From: Polyangiaceae bacterium
GTDB lineage: Bacteria; Myxococcota_A; Polyangia; Polyangiales; Polyangiaceae
Direction of reading: 5' to 3'
Length of the DNA: 64,000 nucleotides
NCBI GenBank assembly: GCA_965222375.1
Contig: CBDCTZ010000005.1
Coordinates: 32,001 to 96,000, forward strand
The stretch's first letter is position 1; each line of letters opens with the position of its first letter. The notes below the pieces were generated by a model, which was given only the letters and a program-made list of their open reading frames with translations, was not told where the DNA came from and ran no database searches. Shown one piece after another: positions 58,517 through 64,000 of this stretch. The position numbers were made by a program, and so were the translations under genes.

Positions 58517-58723
58517 TTTGCCTCTTCTACTCCGGTAAAAAACGACGTCAGTTGGGCTACTTACGCTATCAGAAGCAGCGCGAATTGGGGGGCTGTTCCA
58601 CGGCAAGACAGACACTGAGGCACGCACCCCTGAACACCTGACGACCGGCTCGTTGCCGCGTCCTCGGAAGCTTGCCCAGACCCTTGGTTGTTAGGCAGGT
58701 TTCGAACGCCGTATCCTCGCAGA

Positions 58724-59182
58724 ATGATGTCACGCGTTTCTCTACGTCTCGGGGTCTTTGCGAGCGTCTTGGTTTCCCTCACGCCGGTCGTCGGCGCGTC
58801 TGAACCGGCCGCACGCTTCCCGGCGGCGCAACCCGTGCCCCTCGCCGCCCGCGTCGCGATGTTGGAGGGGAAAGTTCATGGCCTGGAGCGCCGGCTCCGC
58901 CAGCTGGAGAAGGCGGCGCCGGGGCGCCGAGCCGACGGCAGCTACCAGTTCGACGCCAATGGCGCCCGCGTGGTTGTGAGTCCCAAGGGAGCGGTGACCA
59001 CGACGCGAACGCCGCCCGATGCAAACGAGGCACGCCCACGACCCGATTGTGATCCGCCCTATGAGATCGACGCCCGCGGCATCCGCTCGATCAAGGTCGA
59101 GTGCCTCGAGGTTTCCGAATGCGATCCACCCTACAGCGTAGACGCATCGGGGATCCGCCGACCCAAAGCCAACTGCCCCTGA
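58724..59182 (+). CDS. Secreted protein with a coiled coil and two CDPPY motifs
   Basis: Signal peptide; CDPPYEIDARGIRSIKVEC and CDPPYSVDASGIRRPKANC. Confidence 0.7.
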   Translation: MMSRVSLRLGVFASVLVSLTPVVGASEPAARFPAAQPVPLAARVAMLEGKVHGLERRLRQLEKAAPGRRADGSYQFDANGARVVVSPKGAVTTTRTPPDANEARPRPDCDPPYEIDARGIRSIKVECLEVSECDPPYSVDASGIRRPKANCP

Positions 59183-59188
59183 GCGCCG

Positions 59189-59824
59189 CTACTTCGTGCC
59201 GTATAGGCGATCGCCAGCGTCACCCAGGCCCGGCAGGATGTACCCGTGGTCGTTCAGGCGATCGTCGACTGCCGGTGTGTAGATGGGCACATCCGGATGC
59301 GCGTCACTCAGACATGCCACACCCTCCGGCGCGGCAAGCAGACACATGTATTTCAGGGTGCGGGGCTGAGTCTTCTTGACCCGAGCGATAGCAGCCGCGG
59401 CGCTATTGCCCGTCGCCAGCATCGGATCCATCACGATCACGTCCCGGTCTGACATCTCACTGGGGACCTTGAAATAGTACTCGACGGGCTGCAGCGTGTT
59501 GGGGTCACGATACAGGCCAATGTGGCCCACCCGCGCCGAGGGGATTAGCTTGAGCACGCCGTCCAACATACCCGTCCCCGCGCGAAGTACACTGATGAGC
59601 ACGACCTTCTTGCCATCCAGCATCGGCGCCCGCATGTGCATCAAGGGCGTCTCGATTTCGACTTCCTTGGTCGGCATGTCCCGGGTCACCTCATAGGCCA
59701 TCAGCATCGACAACTCCTGAAGCGCTGCACGGAACTTGGACGTGCTCGTGTCCTTCTTTCGCATCAGCGTGAGCTTGTGTGCGATGAGCGGATGCGTGAT
59801 GACAAACACGTTCTTTCGGTCCAT
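59189..59824 (-). CDS. upp: Uracil phosphoribosyltransferase
   Basis: [45 protein letters not shown]. Confidence 0.97.
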   Translation of the reverse strand: MDRKNVFVITHPLIAHKLTLMRKKDTSTSKFRAALQELSMLMAYEVTRDMPTKEVEIETPLMHMRAPMLDGKKVVLISVLRAGTGMLDGVLKLIPSARVGHIGLYRDPNTLQPVEYYFKVPSEMSDRDVIVMDPMLATGNSAAAAIARVKKTQPRTLKYMCLLAAPEGVACLSDAHPDVPIYTPAVDDRLNDHGYILPGLGDAGDRLYGTK

Positions 59825-59898
59825 CTGGTCTCCTTGCCGAGCTTCAGCCCGTATTAGCTCATCCCGCGCCGAGGGTGGCTGCGGCGTTCTTGCCGAGT

Positions 59899-60303
59899 TC
59901 AGTAGCCGAGGTCGAGGGCGCCGTATTCCGCATCGGCTCCCGCGTCCGCGGGTTCAGGCGGCCGCTTGCTCACCCAGGGGTCAACGGGCTTCGTCTCGCG
60001 AGCCCAGCCCCAGTTGGGCTGGGCGGGCGGCGCGTAGCGGGGCCCGTAGCGCGGCCGCCGGCAGCGGGCCAGGTATCGACCATGCTGTCGTGAAACGGTC
60101 CAGTATAGCTCATAACCCGCCTGGCAGCGCCGTCCGACCAGGCGGTAGCACTCGGCCTCGCTGCCTCTGCAGTCCACATGCAGCATAGGAGTGCCGTCCG
60201 GGCCTTGTATCTCCTGAATGCTCGGTTGCGATCGCGCCGCGCACGCCGACCCAACACTCAAGGACAGCCCCAACGCACAGAGTAGCCATTTAGCGGCAGA
60301 CAC
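59899..60303 (-). CDS. Hypothetical lipoprotein
   Basis: GTG overlapping the upstream stop; lipobox GSAC; GPDG...C.....CY......C..GY motif. Confidence 0.6.
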   Translation of the reverse strand: MSAAKWLLCALGLSLSVGSACAARSQPSIQEIQGPDGTPMLHVDCRGSEAECYRLVGRRCQAGYELYWTVSRQHGRYLARCRRPRYGPRYAPPAQPNWGWARETKPVDPWVSKRPPEPADAGADAEYGALDLGY

Positions 60304-61210
60304 GGTTCTTTCCAGCCTGCTTTGCCCGGTACAGGGCTTCATCCGCCCGCTGGAATAGCGCATGAGCGGTGGGCGCGTCTGCAGGAAACGTCGCGACACC
60401 AATTGAAATACCGGGTCGCAGTGGGATGCCATCCTTTTCGAAAGAGAATTCGTTGATGCATTGGCGGATTTCCTCGCCGACCGCAACGCCTTGTTCGACG
60501 TTCATGTTCGGCAACGCAGCCAGATACTCGTCACCTCCAAAACGGCAGGCAATGCCGCGCTGGCCCAGCAGCTGCCCGATGAGCTTGCCTGATTGACCGA
60601 TCACGTAGGCGCCGAATAGGTGTCCATGGGTGTCGTTGATGCGCTTGACACCATCGAGGTCCATCACCAACAAGACCACGCTCTGCCCCCTGCTCCGAGC
60701 CGCTTCGATCAGTTGGCCGAGTTCCGCATCGAACTTCCGACGCACGAATAGCCCGGACAGGTCGTCGGTGTTGAGCAGCTTTTCGACGGCCTTGTTATAG
60801 GCTTGCGCTGCACCGTCCTGCAGTTCGAACCGGGCCACCGTCGAGCCAAACACCAGTGTGTCTCCGGGCGCTACTTGAGCATCCTCCGCCGGGCTGCCGT
60901 TGAGCATCACTCCGTTCGTGCTGCCCAAATCGACCACCGCCCACCCGTCACCGCGATCCTCGAGGCGCGCGTGGTGCCAGGACACTAGTCCATCGGTCAA
61001 GCACAGACCCGCGTCGGGGTCTCGACCGACCACGAGGGTTCGGTCGACGACAACGCGACGCCCCACATCTGTCTCGTTCCCATTGAGCACCACGAGCACG
61101 GGCCGATGTGGCTCCTTCACCCGGCGCATGACCTCGCTAGATACATCCGCGTTCGCTTTCAGCGTCCGCGGAAATCCCGCTGGGCGTCCACTACCGTCCG
61201 TGCTCGCCAC
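60290..61210 (-). CDS. FHA-domain diguanylate cyclase
   Basis: VGRDP...VSWHHA...[48 protein letters not shown]. Confidence 0.9.
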   Translation of the reverse strand: MASTDGSGRPAGFPRTLKANADVSSEVMRRVKEPHRPVLVVLNGNETDVGRRVVVDRTLVVGRDPDAGLCLTDGLVSWHHARLEDRGDGWAVVDLGSTNGVMLNGSPAEDAQVAPGDTLVFGSTVARFELQDGAAQAYNKAVEKLLNTDDLSGLFVRRKFDAELGQLIEAARSRGQSVVLLVMDLDGVKRINDTHGHLFGAYVIGQSGKLIGQLLGQRGIACRFGGDEYLAALPNMNVEQGVAVGEEIRQCINEFSFEKDGIPLRPGISIGVATFPADAPTAHALFQRADEALYRAKQAGKNRVCR

Positions 61211-63161
61211 GGCGCGAGGATACCACGCGACGGCCCTTGGACCCCTTGGAGCCCCTTCCCCGCACTTGCCCGCCCTTTGAGCGCCCTTTTCCACCTGGAG
61301 GTATCAAGCCTCGAGCGCCTCCGCGAATTAGGTCTCGGCGCCCTGCCCGGCTGAGCGCTTCCCGTGCAAGGGGCCATTTCTCCTCGTCCCACCAGAACAG
61401 CAGTGCCTTGAGCAGCTTCTTCTCGCGTAGGTCCCGGATCACCGTGATGGGCTTTTCGGACAGCGGGTCCAGGCCCGTGACGTACATGGCCGTGGCAACA
61501 GCCATCGGCGTGGGGATGAACTCCTGGATCTGCCTCGGCCGCATATCGCGCTCCTTGAGCCAGAGTGCGAGCTGAATGGTGTCGTGGAAGCCCGACCCGG
61601 GATGCCCCACGATGAAGTAGGGCACTAGGTATTGCTCTTTGCCAGCTTGCTCGCTCGCCTCGCAAAAAGAAGATGCGAAGCGCTCATAGCTCTCGACCCC
61701 CGGCTTCTTCATGGCATTGAGCACCTCCGGATTGGTGTGCTCCGGAGCCACCGACAGCTGGCCGCCGGTATGGTGCGTGGCCAACTCACGGATGAACTCG
61801 GGGCTCCGCTCAGCCAAGTCGTAACGCACCCCCGACGCGATGAAAACGCGACGCACCTTCGGCTCCTCCCTCACCCGTTTGAGCAAGTCAACGAGGGGGC
61901 CGTGATCCGTCGACAGGTTCTCACACACCTTAGGGTACACGCAGGACAGCCGGCGGCAGGCGGCCTCGATGCTGGAGTCTTTGCAGGCTAATTGGTACAT
62001 ATTTGCCGTGGGGCCACCCAGATCGGAAAGCACCCCGGAAAAGCCCTCCATTCGCGCCAACCCGCGCACTTCGCGAAGAACGCTGTCCGCCGACCGACTT
62101 TGAATGATCCGTCCCTCGTGCTCGGTGATGCTGCAGAATGTGCAGCCCCCGAAGCAGCCGCGCATGGTCACCACGGACTCCTTCACGGTATCGAAGGCAG
62201 GAATGCGCTCGTCTCCGTAGCTGGGATGCGGCTGACGCTGGAACGGCAGATCGTACAGGGCATCCATGTCTTCGGTTTCGAGGGGCAGTGCAGGAGGGTT
62301 GAAGTACACAGCTTCGTTGTCGAACACTTGCAGCAAGGGTCGCGCATTGTGGGGATTCGTCTCCACTTGGAACATGCGGGTCATGCGCGCAAAAGCGGGT
62401 TTGTCAGAACAAACCTGCTCGTAGCTGGGAAGCACGACGAGCTTGCCATCGGTGACGAAGCGGCTGGCATTGCTCGCAAGTGGTTTCCACTGCTCTGGGC
62501 TACCCAGACGATACGCCGTGCCGCGAATGTCTCGGAGTTCGGAAATGTCTTCACCGGCGTCCAATCGTTTGGCCACTTCCCAGGCGGCGCGTTCCCCCAT
62601 GCCAAAGACCAATAGATCCGCCTTCGAGTCCAGCACGATCGAACGCCGGATCTGGTCCGACCAGTAGTCATAGTGCGCAATGCGGCGAAGGGATGCCTCG
62701 ATCCCTCCAGCAACCAGGGGCAGCTTTGGAAAGGCTTGCTTGCACAGATTCGAGTAGACGAGGGTCGCACGGTTCGGCCGCAGACCCGGACGACCCGCAG
62801 GTGAGTATTGGTCCTCGCCGCGCACTTTCTTCTGTGCGGTGAGTTTGTTCAACATGCTGTCCAAGTTGCCGGCACTCACCCCGGCAAAGAGCCGGGGACG
62901 CCCCATGCGGGCGATGTCCTCAACGCTGTCCCAACGAGGCTGCGCGACGACGCCCACGCGAAACCCTCGACCCTCGAGGAACCTGGCGACCAGGATCGGC
63001 CCAAACGCTGGATGGTCGACATAAGCGTCGCCCGTCACGATCAACACGTCGAGTTCGTCCCAACCCCGCGCCTGCATCTCCTCGCGATTCGTCGGAAGGA
63101 ATCCAACCGAACGAGGCTGCATCGCAGCGCCCCGAGAGCGCCGAAGGGGGACCAAAGCCAT
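61191..63161 (-). CDS. ygiQ: YgiQ/UPF0313-family radical SAM protein
   Basis: [53 protein letters not shown]. Confidence 0.92.
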   Translation of the reverse strand: MALVPLRRSRGAAMQPRSVGFLPTNREEMQARGWDELDVLIVTGDAYVDHPAFGPILVARFLEGRGFRVGVVAQPRWDSVEDIARMGRPRLFAGVSAGNLDSMLNKLTAQKKVRGEDQYSPAGRPGLRPNRATLVYSNLCKQAFPKLPLVAGGIEASLRRIAHYDYWSDQIRRSIVLDSKADLLVFGMGERAAWEVAKRLDAGEDISELRDIRGTAYRLGSPEQWKPLASNASRFVTDGKLVVLPSYEQVCSDKPAFARMTRMFQVETNPHNARPLLQVFDNEAVYFNPPALPLETEDMDALYDLPFQRQPHPSYGDERIPAFDTVKESVVTMRGCFGGCTFCSITEHEGRIIQSRSADSVLREVRGLARMEGFSGVLSDLGGPTANMYQLACKDSSIEAACRRLSCVYPKVCENLSTDHGPLVDLLKRVREEPKVRRVFIASGVRYDLAERSPEFIRELATHHTGGQLSVAPEHTNPEVLNAMKKPGVESYERFASSFCEASEQAGKEQYLVPYFIVGHPGSGFHDTIQLALWLKERDMRPRQIQEFIPTPMAVATAMYVTGLDPLSEKPITVIRDLREKKLLKALLFWWDEEKWPLAREALSRAGRRDLIRGGARGLIPPGGKGRSKGGQVRGRGSKGSKGRRVVSSRRGEHGR

Positions 63162-63291
63162 GGCCCACACAGCATACTCCGAGTCGAAAGCTGGGGCTTT
63201 TTCCGGTGCGTGGGACGCAGGAACGCCGATCCTGGACGCTGATCGCCCTGACGCTAGCCAGGCTTGGCCCCATGCTAGCTTTGACCGACGA

Positions 63292-64000
63292 ATGTTGCGC
63301 CGGCTTCTGGAGCTACGAGACGACGAACGGCGACCTACCTGGATCGCCTTTGTCACATTGTTGTCCATCATGGCGGGGCATGCGCTGCTGGAAACGGCGC
63401 GAGACGCTCTATTCCTGGCGTCGCTTCCCGCCGCCCACCTGCCCTTCGTCTACATCGCGGTCGCCGCCGTAGCCTGGGTGCTCTCACATCTTGAACCCCG
63501 TCTACGCCCAGACGATTGTGCCATCGCCCTGAGCCGGACTCTCGTAGTCGCCGCTATCGTGACCACCGGGTTTTGGTTCTTTTTGGCAGACGCGGGGCGC
63601 GGCGGGCTGTACGTGCTCTACGTGTGGTCAGCAGTCGTGGCGTCCCTCGCCGTGGCTGGTTTTTGGCTGATGCTCGGTGAGCGCTTCACGGTCACCCAAG
63701 CCAAGCGTGTGTACGCCTTGGTAGGCACCGCCGGCGTACTGGGCGCCGTGACCGGCGCGGCCATCGCCGGCATCGTGGCGGCAAACGTGCCAGCTAACTA
63801 CCTGCTGCTCATTGCGGCAGGCTTTTTCGTCCTGTCGAGCGTTGGACCCCATTGGCTCGCTCAGGAAAAGGGCCGGATTCAACGCACTCAAGAAGACGCG
63901 CCTCAGCTGGGGCCTGAGCTGCCCAACAATCCCTACGTGATCCGCCTGGCACTGCTCGCATTGCTGGCAGCCATGACCTTCACGGTCGTCGACTATGTCT
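63292..64000 (+). CDS. NTT/TLC-like (MFS-type) membrane protein, runs off the window
   Basis: [14 protein letters not shown]...[11 protein letters not shown]...LYVW...FW....[13 protein letters not shown]. Confidence 0.75.
   Translation, partial: MLRRLLELRDDERRPTWIAFVTLLSIMAGHALLETARDALFLASLPAAHLPFVYIAVAAVAWVLSHLEPRLRPDDCAIALSRTLVVAAIVTTGFWFFLADAGRGGLYVLYVWSAVVASLAVAGFWLMLGERFTVTQAKRVYALVGTAGVLGAVTGAAIAGIVAANVPANYLLLIAAGFFVLSSVGPHWLAQEKGRIQRTQEDAPQLGPELPNNPYVIRLALLALLAAMTFTVVDYV

Overview
GC-rich bacterial DNA. The gene style suggests Myxococcota (Polyangiaceae/Sorangiineae-like): Gly-tethered Cys-rich lipoproteins, a Ser/Thr kinase-TPR pair, FHA-GGDEF and a giant TPR protein. This taxonomy is an inference. 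1-15.2 kb is a copper island: class III cyclase-YHS fusion, cupredoxin, a lipoprotein with a Cys-rich tail, cusCBA-like RND efflux and copA. 15.2-19.8 kb is a mobile-element patch with a decayed IS4-family element and a group II intron. The intron sits in one copy of a dispersed intergenic repeat that also occurs at about 15.24 kb and 42.45-42.56 kb. 23.0-27.2 kb is a sulfur-carrier cysteine operon (Rrf2, cysK, E1-like, ubiquitin-like carrier, mini E1-like protein, cysM-like, JAB). Its E1 looks split into an active subunit lacking the RYxRQ arginine finger and a small inactive subunit carrying it, like eukaryotic heterodimeric E1 enzymes. The remainder is core-like (Fe-ADH, UvrD-type helicase, SDR, menA, ccmH, BASS, 10.4-kb TPR gene, upp, ygiQ). 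Many genes appear leaderless. All calls come from reading motifs by eye; no database searches were run.
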